From Candidatus Woesearchaeota archaeon (GTDB lineage Archaea; Nanobdellota; Nanobdellia; Pacearchaeales; GW2011-AR1): a DNA stretch of 45,971 bases. Position 1 is the first letter of the stretch; each line of letters opens with the position of its first letter. The stretch is from positions 1-45,971 of the forward strand of contig CAZKUJ010000001.1 of the NCBI GenBank assembly GCA_964555925.1, written 5' to 3'. The notes beneath the pieces are model-generated. The model did not search any database. It had not been told where the DNA came from and was given only the letters and a program-made list of their open reading frames with translations. Positions 27,102-35,008 of this stretch are shown here, piece by piece. A program made the position numbers and the translations under genes.

Positions 27102-28659
27102 GTTTCTTTTGAACCTCTTTTTTAGACTTATTAAAAAAATCTCTTTTTATAGAGTTTATTGAAGAGTGCATCCTTTTTTCTTTTGCTTTTGAAACATAAA
27201 AATATGCTTCGTCTCTTGTATTTTTTGTAATAAGCACAATAAGCTTGCCCTCTATTAAACGGGCAGTTCTACCTGCTCTTTGTATGGCTCTTATTGCAGA
27301 GGGAACAGGCTCATAAAAAACAACAAGATTCACTTCTGGAATATCTAAACCTTCTTCTCCGATTGAAGTAGCACACAAAATATTTGTTGTTCCAACAGAG
27401 AAATCGTTTAATATTTTCCTCTGCTCCTTTTGACTTAATCCCTGGACGTCTTCAGAACCTGATTTCTTACCCTGCCCAACAAAAATGGCCGCATTTATTC
27501 CGGAAATTCCATTCATTTTTTTAGAAATTAATTTTGCAGTATCTCGAAATTGTGTAAAAATAATTATTCGGATTTTTTCATTTTTTTCTCTTTCTTTTCT
27601 AATTATCCTTTCTAATTCTAAAATTTTTGGATGTTCTATTCCTTCTAAAAGTAATTTATTTGAACTAACCAGCGCAAAATTAAACTCTGGTTTTTTAGTC
27701 AATCTTTCAATACCTCGACTTTCTTTTTTTGAGGCTTTCTGAAGCAAGCCCCTTAAATATTTATTAAATCCTGCCAGGGTTTGCGTCTCTAATAATTCTA
27801 GGGCGTGCTGTATTCTTATTGCTTGGGCACAGGCACTTGACGCTAAAAAATTATTGTAATTTTTATTTCCTCTTGCAATACTAAAAATAAGTTTTTTCTG
27901 AAGTTTAATTAATTCTGTTTTGCTTGGAGGACCGAAAAGTACTTTCCTATTCCTTAATTCACCAATATAGGATCCAAAAATTCTTAATAAAATCTCTCTC
28001 ATCCTTCTGAACTCGGGCGGAAGATCTAGAATAATTTTTACAAATTCTAATTTTTGTAGATAAGGTTGTACATCAAGACTCTCCCGGGTTCTTAACTCAA
28101 CTTCCTCTATTGAAAGGTTTTTACAAATTTCTTGAATTTTTGATATTTCACTTCCTGGAGAAGCAGTTAATCCAAGAATTCTTGGATGAAGCGCCTGTTC
28201 GAGATATTTTTTTGCTACATAGCTGTAATCGTAATTTTTTATGCACCGGTGTGCTTCATCTTCAATCAGTAAACATACTCCTGTCAGCGTATAAAGTATT
28301 TTTTTTAAATCGTTTGCGATACATTGTGGAGTTGAAAAAATTATGTCGGCTGTTTCCCAAATTTCTCTCCTTTTTTCAGATTTAACCAGCCCCGTAAATA
28401 ATTGCAAATCTCCAAAAAGCTCAGGAAGATGTTTTTTAAAATAAATTAAATGTTGCTCTGCAAGGGGTTTTGTCGGAGCTAAAAAAACAATTTTTTCTCC
28501 TGGAAATTTTTTCATTCTTTCAATAGAAAGCATAAGCGCAATAAGAGTCTTACCAATTCCTGTTGGCAACACGACCAGGCAATTTTTATCTACACAGGTT
28601 TTCAGAATATTTTCCTGATATTCTCTTGGGAAGATTTTTTCTAAAAATTCCATCAGCAA
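27076..28659 (-). CDS. hef: Hef-type SF2 DEAH helicase part
   Basis: 527 aa. LPTGIGKT, DEAH, TASPG, QRAGRTAR. Overlaps the nuclease ORF by 26 nt in another frame. Confidence 0.9.
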   Translation of the reverse strand: MLMEFLEKIFPREYQENILKTCVDKNCLVVLPTGIGKTLIALMLSIERMKKFPGEKIVFLAPTKPLAEQHLIYFKKHLPELFGDLQLFTGLVKSEKRREIWETADIIFSTPQCIANDLKKILYTLTGVCLLIEDEAHRCIKNYDYSYVAKKYLEQALHPRILGLTASPGSEISKIQEICKNLSIEEVELRTRESLDVQPYLQKLEFVKIILDLPPEFRRMREILLRIFGSYIGELRNRKVLFGPPSKTELIKLQKKLIFSIARGNKNYNNFLASSACAQAIRIQHALELLETQTLAGFNKYLRGLLQKASKKESRGIERLTKKPEFNFALVSSNKLLLEGIEHPKILELERIIRKEREKNEKIRIIIFTQFRDTAKLISKKMNGISGINAAIFVGQGKKSGSEDVQGLSQKEQRKILNDFSVGTTNILCATSIGEEGLDIPEVNLVVFYEPVPSAIRAIQRAGRTARLIEGKLIVLITKNTRDEAYFYVSKAKEKRMHSSINSIKRDFFNKSKKEVQKKLEENEKDI

Positions 28660-28688
28660 GAAAAATTCCCTTCTTATAAAAAGTTATC

Positions 28689-28895
28689 TTATTTTTTGAT
28701 AATATAGACCACAAGAATTGCAGAACATAAAACAAGCATTAATCCAATAAAGGAAATTATATCAAAAGGATACTTATTGTCTAGAATAACATTTCCAGTA
28801 ATTCCTTTATTTAGAAATAAAAACCCTGTTATAAACGAGGTTAAAGCAAAAACTGCGGCAACTTTTTTGGTTTGTAGCCAACTTGTTTTTTCCAT
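28689..28895 (-). CDS. small two-TM membrane protein
   Basis: Internal Met37 start (ATG at 28895) removes the overlap with the upstream gene. 68 aa with two hydrophobic helices. Confidence 0.4.
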   Translation of the reverse strand: MEKTSWLQTKKVAAVFALTSFITGFLFLNKGITGNVILDNKYPFDIISFIGLMLVLCSAILVVYIIKK

Positions 28896-28942
28896 GTCTT
28901 TTTTATGAAACCAGCCTTTAAATGTTTTTTTATATCGAATTC

Positions 28943-29578
28943 TTATATTAGGAAAAAAGCATATACTAATCCGATTAGGACAAGCGTGGCGAGGAAACTC
29001 CACAATGCAAGATTTCCAAAGAATATCTTATTTCCATCAAGATCTGAAAGGGGAATCATGCTGAAAAAAGCAAAGTATATGCTTAATCTAGAAAATTCCG
29101 GAAACCCTAGAAGATAACCAATTATAGCAAAAAGCAAATTTGCAAAAACACCAGAAGCAGCAATTAATCCTAAGTGATCTTCAGTCATTTCAGTATATGA
29201 ATAAAGTCCGTATCTTTTCGCAGCCCGATATACTCTTGGTTTTACATCAAAAACTAAAGAGGCTAGCCATATAAAACCCCCTAGTTGTCCGAAAAGCAAT
29301 AAAGATGTTAAGATTGGAAAAAGTATTCCTGCAGGAAAGGGTTTCTTAAGGTATTGGGATGGTTTAAATCCATATCTTTCTATTGTCCACAATTTTATTT
29401 CCATCTCTGAATCAAGGTAAAAACTCGTAATTTTTTTTGCAAGAACATTCACCACAATTATAATAAAGAATATAAGGAAAAGATAGGGGAATCTTTCAAT
29501 GCTTTTAAACAAACCCATAGCAAAAGCAAAGACCAGTGTTAGAATTAATACAGAAAATATTTCTTTTGAGGTAAACAT
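28943..29578 (-). CDS. M50 (site-2 protease)-like membrane protein lacking HExxH
   Basis: 211 aa. AASGVFANLLFAI and FFSMIPLSDLDGNKIF match the M50 GPxxN and NxxPxxxLDG motifs. The expected HExxH helix reads VNVLAKK. Confidence 0.4.
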   Translation of the reverse strand: MFTSKEIFSVLILTLVFAFAMGLFKSIERFPYLFLIFFIIIVVNVLAKKITSFYLDSEMEIKLWTIERYGFKPSQYLKKPFPAGILFPILTSLLLFGQLGGFIWLASLVFDVKPRVYRAAKRYGLYSYTEMTEDHLGLIAASGVFANLLFAIIGYLLGFPEFSRLSIYFAFFSMIPLSDLDGNKIFFGNLALWSFLATLVLIGLVYAFFLI

Positions 29579-29677
29579 GAATTAAAGAGATTTGAATTTT
29601 TTATAAAGTTTGTTATGCTACAGAATTGATTAAGAAAGGCATTTCTTGATAAAATTATATATTAAATCATGGAAAAG

Positions 29678-29686
29678 TATTTAAAT
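29678..29686 (+). promoter_or_regulatory. TATA box TATTTAAAT centred about 25 nt upstream of ATG 29707
   Basis: Sequence and spacing read directly. Confidence 0.45.
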
Positions 29687-29706
29687 GAGTTCCTCTAAAT
29701 TTTGAT

Positions 29707-29985
29707 ATGCGCGTTAAGAAAATAACAGAGGTCATTGGTTTTAAAGTTTACACTGATTCGGGAGATTATTTTGGAGAAATTGAAGAAGCCAATCTCTTGG
29801 ACAATAAGGTTGATGGCTGGAAAATAAGGGTTGGAGGAAGTGTTACTTCTTTAATTGGCGGAGCCAGAGGAGTGATCATACCTCATCAATTTGTTAGAGC
29901 AATCGGCGAGATTTTTGTTATAAACAAATCTGCTTTACCTAGCCAAGAATCTGAAATAGAGGAAATTCCTGGAGATTTGATTTAA
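29707..29985 (+). CDS. PRC-barrel domain protein
   Basis: 92 aa. VIGFKVYTDSGDYFGEIEEANL...VIIPHQFVRAIGEIFVI. Confidence 0.7.
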   Translation: MRVKKITEVIGFKVYTDSGDYFGEIEEANLLDNKVDGWKIRVGGSVTSLIGGARGVIIPHQFVRAIGEIFVINKSALPSQESEIEEIPGDLI

Positions 29986-30081
29986 GTTCTAGATTGGGGG
30001 CTATTCTTAACGCTTAAGAAAATATTTTTTGTAAAGGGCATAAAAAACATTTATAAATACTAGAGTAATATTAAATTTAAT

Positions 30082-30588
30082 ATGGTTGAAGAAACAATAC
30101 TGCAACATTGGATTTTTACTAAGTTTGCATTGCCTTTTCTTTTGATATTCTTTATAGTTTTTGGAATTCTTGAAAAAACGAAAATTTTCGGTTCTGGAAA
30201 ACAACTTAATGCGCTGATTTCATTTGTTATTGGAGCAATTTTTGTTGTGGCGGTTTCTCCAAAACTCGTTGTTTCTAACTTAATACTCTTTTTGACTGTT
30301 GCTTTGGTTGTTATGTTTGTTGCACTTTTGCTTTGGGGATTTCTCGCAGGAGAAGAAGGGCTAAAATTTGAAAAAGCACCAATTGGGTTAAAATATTTTA
30401 TTGGAATTGTAGTTGTAATTTCTGTTCTTGTTGGTCTTCTCTGGGCGACGGGCGTTGAAAAAACCTTTTTAGGAAATATCTTTGATTTCTTTTTTAATCA
30501 ACCTTGGAGTTCAACGTTCTGGATAAACGCACTTTTTATTGCTGTTATAATCATTGCCCTTGTTCTTGTTCTAAAAAAATCTAAATGA
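30082..30588 (+). CDS. polytopic membrane protein (family shared with the next gene)
   Basis: 168 aa. ALPFLLIFFIVFGILEKTKIFG aligns with ILPFLLIFALVFGILTRVKIFD of the neighbour. Confidence 0.55.
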   Translation: MVEETILQHWIFTKFALPFLLIFFIVFGILEKTKIFGSGKQLNALISFVIGAIFVVAVSPKLVVSNLILFLTVALVVMFVALLLWGFLAGEEGLKFEKAPIGLKYFIGIVVVISVLVGLLWATGVEKTFLGNIFDFFFNQPWSSTFWINALFIAVIIIALVLVLKKSK

Positions 30589-30606
30589 GTAAACAATCCC
30601 GAAACA

Positions 30607-30616
30607 TATTTAAATA
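30607..30616 (+). promoter_or_regulatory. TATA box TATTTAAATA centred about 25 nt upstream of ATG 30636
   Basis: Sequence and spacing read directly. Confidence 0.45.
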
Positions 30617-30635
30617 AGATTAGTCAAATATTTAT

Positions 30636-31199
30636 ATGATTGATGAAATTTTCACTCTCCAAATAGGAAGCTTTTATGGGGGATCTATTGGGAATATGTT
30701 GGCATATTGGGGGAGTGCGGGATTCTTTAGTTATATCCTCCCTTTTCTTTTGATCTTTGCTCTTGTTTTCGGAATTCTAACAAGGGTCAAGATTTTTGAT
30801 AATAAAGCAATTAATGGTGTTATCGCGCTTGTTGTAGGGCTTTTATCATTACAATTTCATTTTGTACCAATGTTCTTTTCAGAAATCTTTCCTAGATTAG
30901 GGGTGGGTCTTGCAGTAATTCTTTGTTTGCTTATTTTAGGAGGTCTTTTCTTTGATCCTAAGAACAAGATGTTAAATTATGGTCTTTTAGGTGTGGGAGT
31001 TATTGTTTTTCTTGTTGTTTTAGTTCAAACATTTGGATGGTTGGGATGGTGGAATCTTCAAATATGGTACTATAATTGGCAGGGAATATTAGGGGTCGTT
31101 ATATTTTTAGCAATTATTGGATTAATTGTTGGTTCTGGAAGCAAGAAAAAACTTCCAGATTATCAGGCTAAGATGTTTGAACCATCACCTTCAGGTTGA
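30636..31199 (+). CDS. polytopic membrane protein (paralog of 30082..30588)
   Basis: 187 aa. Shared N-terminal helix motif and similar TM layout. Confidence 0.55.
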   Translation: MIDEIFTLQIGSFYGGSIGNMLAYWGSAGFFSYILPFLLIFALVFGILTRVKIFDNKAINGVIALVVGLLSLQFHFVPMFFSEIFPRLGVGLAVILCLLILGGLFFDPKNKMLNYGLLGVGVIVFLVVLVQTFGWLGWWNLQIWYYNWQGILGVVIFLAIIGLIVGSGSKKKLPDYQAKMFEPSPSG

Positions 31200-31248
31200 T
31201 TATCTTCAAATTTATTTTTTTAGAAAAATTTTCTAATCTAATCATGAT

Positions 31249-32130
31249 TTAATGAGGTGTTCTTTTATGGCTCTTTTTTCTAACAAGATGCTTAGTGCGA
31301 TGCACAGAAGATTCGAGATGCTTATTTTCTGCTTTATTGGCTAAAACATTAACAATTTTTCCAAAGGAATCTTGCATCATACCCATTTCTTTTTTTATAC
31401 TATCTAAACCACCACCATATGATCCGACTCTTTCAAGTATTTCTGCTTGTAACCTATCGATGCTATATTCTATTTTTTTTAACCTATCAGAAATTGAATC
31501 AACTTTTGTTTGAGTTAGAGCTTTTAATTCATTTAGACCTTCTAGTTGTTTTTGAAGTGGTTTTATTTTTTCAAAAAATACTCTTTCTGCAACCTCTATT
31601 ATTGTATCTATGTCTCCTGCAGACTGAGAACTGTAATCATATTCTCCTGATCCGGGATATTCTTCAGAGGGATATTCCTGGGGAGAGTATTGCTGTTCTT
31701 CATAAGCGGGATATTGTTGTTCGGGGTATTGTTCGTATTGTTGTTCAGAATAAGCAGGATATTGTGGTGGTGCTTGAGAATTTGAATATGAATATTCTTC
31801 AGGCATTTCTTTAACTAAAGGAGCCCCTCCCCTCTTTGAATAATGCTGAAATCTTGACGGAGTTGGCGGGGGCATTAAATCTTCATCAGAGATTGAGCCC
31901 TCAGTAGGTAAAGATTCTGATTCTTCAGATACCATTATTGAGGGTTCCATACCTTCCATACCTTTTTCTTCTAAATCTTCTCCAGGAGAAACCGCATTTT
32001 TTATTTTTGCTTGGCTTAAAGTTTCTGTTATTTCTTTTGGAGAAATTCCCTGCTCTCTTAATCTATTGACAATTGCTTCTTCAGGGAACCCATTTCTTTT
32101 TAATTCCATAACTTGCTCTAAAATCCCCAT
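31249..32130 (-). CDS. protein with small N-terminal helical domain, Q/Y/P/E-rich low-complexity centre and C-terminal coiled coil
   Basis: 293 aa. Repeats of QQYPAY/EQYPEQQY; C-terminal heptad region. Confidence 0.5.
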   Translation of the reverse strand: MGILEQVMELKRNGFPEEAIVNRLREQGISPKEITETLSQAKIKNAVSPGEDLEEKGMEGMEPSIMVSEESESLPTEGSISDEDLMPPPTPSRFQHYSKRGGAPLVKEMPEEYSYSNSQAPPQYPAYSEQQYEQYPEQQYPAYEEQQYSPQEYPSEEYPGSGEYDYSSQSAGDIDTIIEVAERVFFEKIKPLQKQLEGLNELKALTQTKVDSISDRLKKIEYSIDRLQAEILERVGSYGGGLDSIKKEMGMMQDSFGKIVNVLANKAENKHLESSVHRTKHLVRKKSHKRTPH

Positions 32131-32145
32131 TTTGATTATTATCTT

Positions 32146-32484
32146 TTATTTTTTTAAATCTTTTTTTCTTACAAATTCTAAAGGCTGGAACATCTTTGCT
32201 TGTTTTGAAAGAATTTCAAGATCTTCCTTTCTCGCAAATTTTGAAAATTCTGATGAAGCAACTTCTAAAAAAGAAGTTAATCTTTCAATATTCTTTTTCA
32301 TTAGTTCAAAATTCTTTTTTATTTCTAATAGGTCTTTATTGTTTTTTTCTTTCATCTCGACGAGATTTTGACCTATAAGCAAGAGGCGATCTTTCAAAAT
32401 CCGGTGTTTTTCTTCTAAATCTCTTATTCTTACATTAATATCATTTAAAAATTGCCAATCCCCACCCCCTTGTTCCTCAATCAT
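32146..32484 (-). CDS. coiled-coil protein
   Basis: ATG at 32484 (the ORF track extends to a TTG at 32544). Heptad-rich 112 aa, 15 nt upstream of the previous gene's start. Confidence 0.5.
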   Translation of the reverse strand: MIEEQGGGDWQFLNDINVRIRDLEEKHRILKDRLLLIGQNLVEMKEKNNKDLLEIKKNFELMKKNIERLTSFLEVASSEFSKFARKEDLEILSKQAKMFQPLEFVRKKDLKK

Positions 32485-32633
32485 CAAAAATAAAGGGGAA
32501 GGCAGTTTAAATTTGTTGTGTTTAATCTGCGAATCTATTAACAATGTATAGAAAGAGCATTAATATATTTTTTTCTAAATGTTTTATATGCAAAATATTT
32601 TAAACTACCGCTCTTTTTTATTTGAGTTCTAAA

Positions 32634-34919
32634 ATGCCACAAGAAAGAGACAGCCATCCATATGAAATCAAAAGAGAAGGGGGAGAAGACATTCTTTATA
32701 TAAATTATTTGGGCGCACCTTATGTTCCCAATTTAGCAGAGTCTCCAGAAGTTATGGAAAGAACTATTGATGTGCTTACTGAAAACCAAAATGTCTCGAG
32801 AATTATCTTTTCACAACAAAAGAATTATAATTATGATTTTAGAGAAACTTCTTATCTTTTGGAAATTGCGTATCTTTATATTCATCTGATGAAACAAGAG
32901 AGAATTCTTTCAAAGAATAAACTAGCGCCAACTCAAGACATGTTTTTCTCTAAAAGATACAATGAAATCTTTTCCTTTTTACTTCTATTAAAACAAGACC
33001 CAATTGCGGCCTATTTTGAAGTAAAAAAGCTGATTATTTCTGAAAAAATATTTCTGGAAAAACTAGGAGCAACAAATAGATCAAATCAGTCGAATTACTT
33101 GAATCTTCTTGAAAAAATTCGTGAAATGCTAGAAAAAACAAAATTAATTCAGGACGCCACCATTTATTTAGAAGGTTATAGAAAGGGGGAGAGAGAAATT
33201 TACAACAAACTTTTTAAGCCAGATGTAATACCTAATTTTACTTTTACAAGACTTGTTTCAGACTTGCCCGGAGATGCAGAAATAATAGACCAGTATAAAC
33301 TTGTTCATGAAGAGTACGATGTTTCTTTTGTAACAATTTTGAAAAAAAAGGACGAGCCCAAACTTTTATATCATCTGATTCCTCCGGAAAGCACTTTAAG
33401 AGAAGACCATAGCATTCTTTTGAATTTAGCTAGAAGAGTTCTTGTAGAGCATCAACCAAAAGCTGAAGAGTTTACTGACATAGAAAGAACACGCAGAGTT
33501 TTTTTTAATATTTCAAGGGATCTTTTGAGAGATCTTGCACAGGGCAAGGGAATAAAAATTAATTATTCAGAACTTAATTTGCTAGCGACTATTTTGGTAA
33601 GACATACTGTTGGTTTTGGAGTTATTGAAGTTCTTTTACAAGATAAGAAAATTCAAGATATTTTTTTAAATGCGCCGATTTCATTAATACCTATTTTTAT
33701 TAGACACCAGAATTATGATGAGTGTTCAACTAATATAATTCCGAGCCAGGAAGATACTGACTCTTGGGCAGCTAAATTTAGATTAATTTCTGGAAGACCT
33801 CTTGATGAAGCAAATCCAATTTTAGATACACAGCTTGAAATTGGTCCAATAAGAGCAAGAATCGCGGTAGTTCAAAGACCCCTTTCACCAGACGGACTTG
33901 CTTATGCAATAAGAAGGCACAGAGAAGCACCTTGGACTTTTCCTTTATTTGTGCAGAATAAAATGATTAATCCCCTAGCAGCAGGACTTCTTAGTTTTTT
34001 AACAGATGGCTCTAGAACAATTTTGATTGCAGGAACAAGAAGCTCTGGTAAAACAAGCTTGCTGGGTAGCTTAATGCTTGAAATAATTCCAAAATATCGA
34101 ATAATTGTTATTGAAGATTCATTAGAGTTGCCAGTTGAGTGTCTTAGAAATTTGAAATATGATATTTTGAGAATGAAAGTTAGATCTGCTTTATTAAAAG
34201 AAACAACAGAAATTTCTGCTGATGATGGAATACGAGCATCTCTTAGACTTGGCGATAGCTGTTTAATCATTGGAGAGGTAAGAAGTTTAGAAGCAAGAGC
34301 CCTATACGAGGCAATGAGAATTGGGGCTTTGGCGAATGTTGTCGCAGGAACAATTCATGGGGCATCTCCATACGGGGTTTTTGACAGAGTTGTTAATGAT
34401 TTAAAAGTACCTGCAACTAGTTTTAAAGCTACAGACGTAATTGCTGTTGCAAATCCCATAAAAACCTCAGATGGATTACACTCTTGGAAAAGAGTTGTAA
34501 GGTTATCTGAAGTCAGGAAACATTGGAAGAAAGATCCATTGGAAGAAAAAGGATTTGTTGATTTATTAACCTATAATGTGGAGAAAGATGAATTAGAACC
34601 AACAGAAGATTTAATTAACGGAGATAGTGAAGTTATAAAAGATGTTGCTTCTAGCGTAAAAGGCTGGGCTGGAAACTGGGACGCTGTTTGGGATAATATT
34701 CTTTTAAGATCAAAAATAAAAGGAGAGCTCGTGAACACGGCTGAAAAAATTAAAGATTATAGAATTCTTGAAGCTGATTTTAATACACTCTCTAATCATG
34801 TTTTTCATAGAATCTCAGATGAAATAAGAGAAGAGGTAGGACTTCCAATTAGTGAGAGGGTTTTTCCAGATTGGCAAAAATGGCTGAATTCTGAAATAAA
34901 GAAAAGAAAACTTATCTGA
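32634..34919 (+). CDS. type IV pilus/secretion (PilB/FlaI/VirB11 superfamily) assembly ATPase with long N-terminal region
   Basis: Walker A AGTRSSGKTS at about residue 470, Asp box IVIEDSLEL, Walker B CLIIGEVR, His box AGTIHGAS. Alternative TTG start at 32622. Confidence 0.9.
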   Translation: MPQERDSHPYEIKREGGEDILYINYLGAPYVPNLAESPEVMERTIDVLTENQNVSRIIFSQQKNYNYDFRETSYLLEIAYLYIHLMKQERILSKNKLAPTQDMFFSKRYNEIFSFLLLLKQDPIAAYFEVKKLIISEKIFLEKLGATNRSNQSNYLNLLEKIREMLEKTKLIQDATIYLEGYRKGEREIYNKLFKPDVIPNFTFTRLVSDLPGDAEIIDQYKLVHEEYDVSFVTILKKKDEPKLLYHLIPPESTLREDHSILLNLARRVLVEHQPKAEEFTDIERTRRVFFNISRDLLRDLAQGKGIKINYSELNLLATILVRHTVGFGVIEVLLQDKKIQDIFLNAPISLIPIFIRHQNYDECSTNIIPSQEDTDSWAAKFRLISGRPLDEANPILDTQLEIGPIRARIAVVQRPLSPDGLAYAIRRHREAPWTFPLFVQNKMINPLAAGLLSFLTDGSRTILIAGTRSSGKTSLLGSLMLEIIPKYRIIVIEDSLELPVECLRNLKYDILRMKVRSALLKETTEISADDGIRASLRLGDSCLIIGEVRSLEARALYEAMRIGALANVVAGTIHGASPYGVFDRVVNDLKVPATSFKATDVIAVANPIKTSDGLHSWKRVVRLSEVRKHWKKDPLEEKGFVDLLTYNVEKDELEPTEDLINGDSEVIKDVASSVKGWAGNWDAVWDNILLRSKIKGELVNTAEKIKDYRILEADFNTLSNHVFHRISDEIREEVGLPISERVFPDWQKWLNSEIKKRKLI

Positions 34920-35008
34920 TTTTGCTTAAAAACCTAAAATTTATTAACCAATTCTTATTGATGTTTAAATAATAGATATTGAAAAAGAGGGAAAAATAAA
35001 ATATAAAC

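Noticed and set aside
28896-29003. N-terminal extension of ORF 28689..29003 (MEFPRHACPNRIS...).
   Set aside because: The extension overlaps the 3' end of the upstream M50-like gene by 61 nt and is non-hydrophobic junk-like sequence. The internal Met at 28895 gives a clean small membrane protein.
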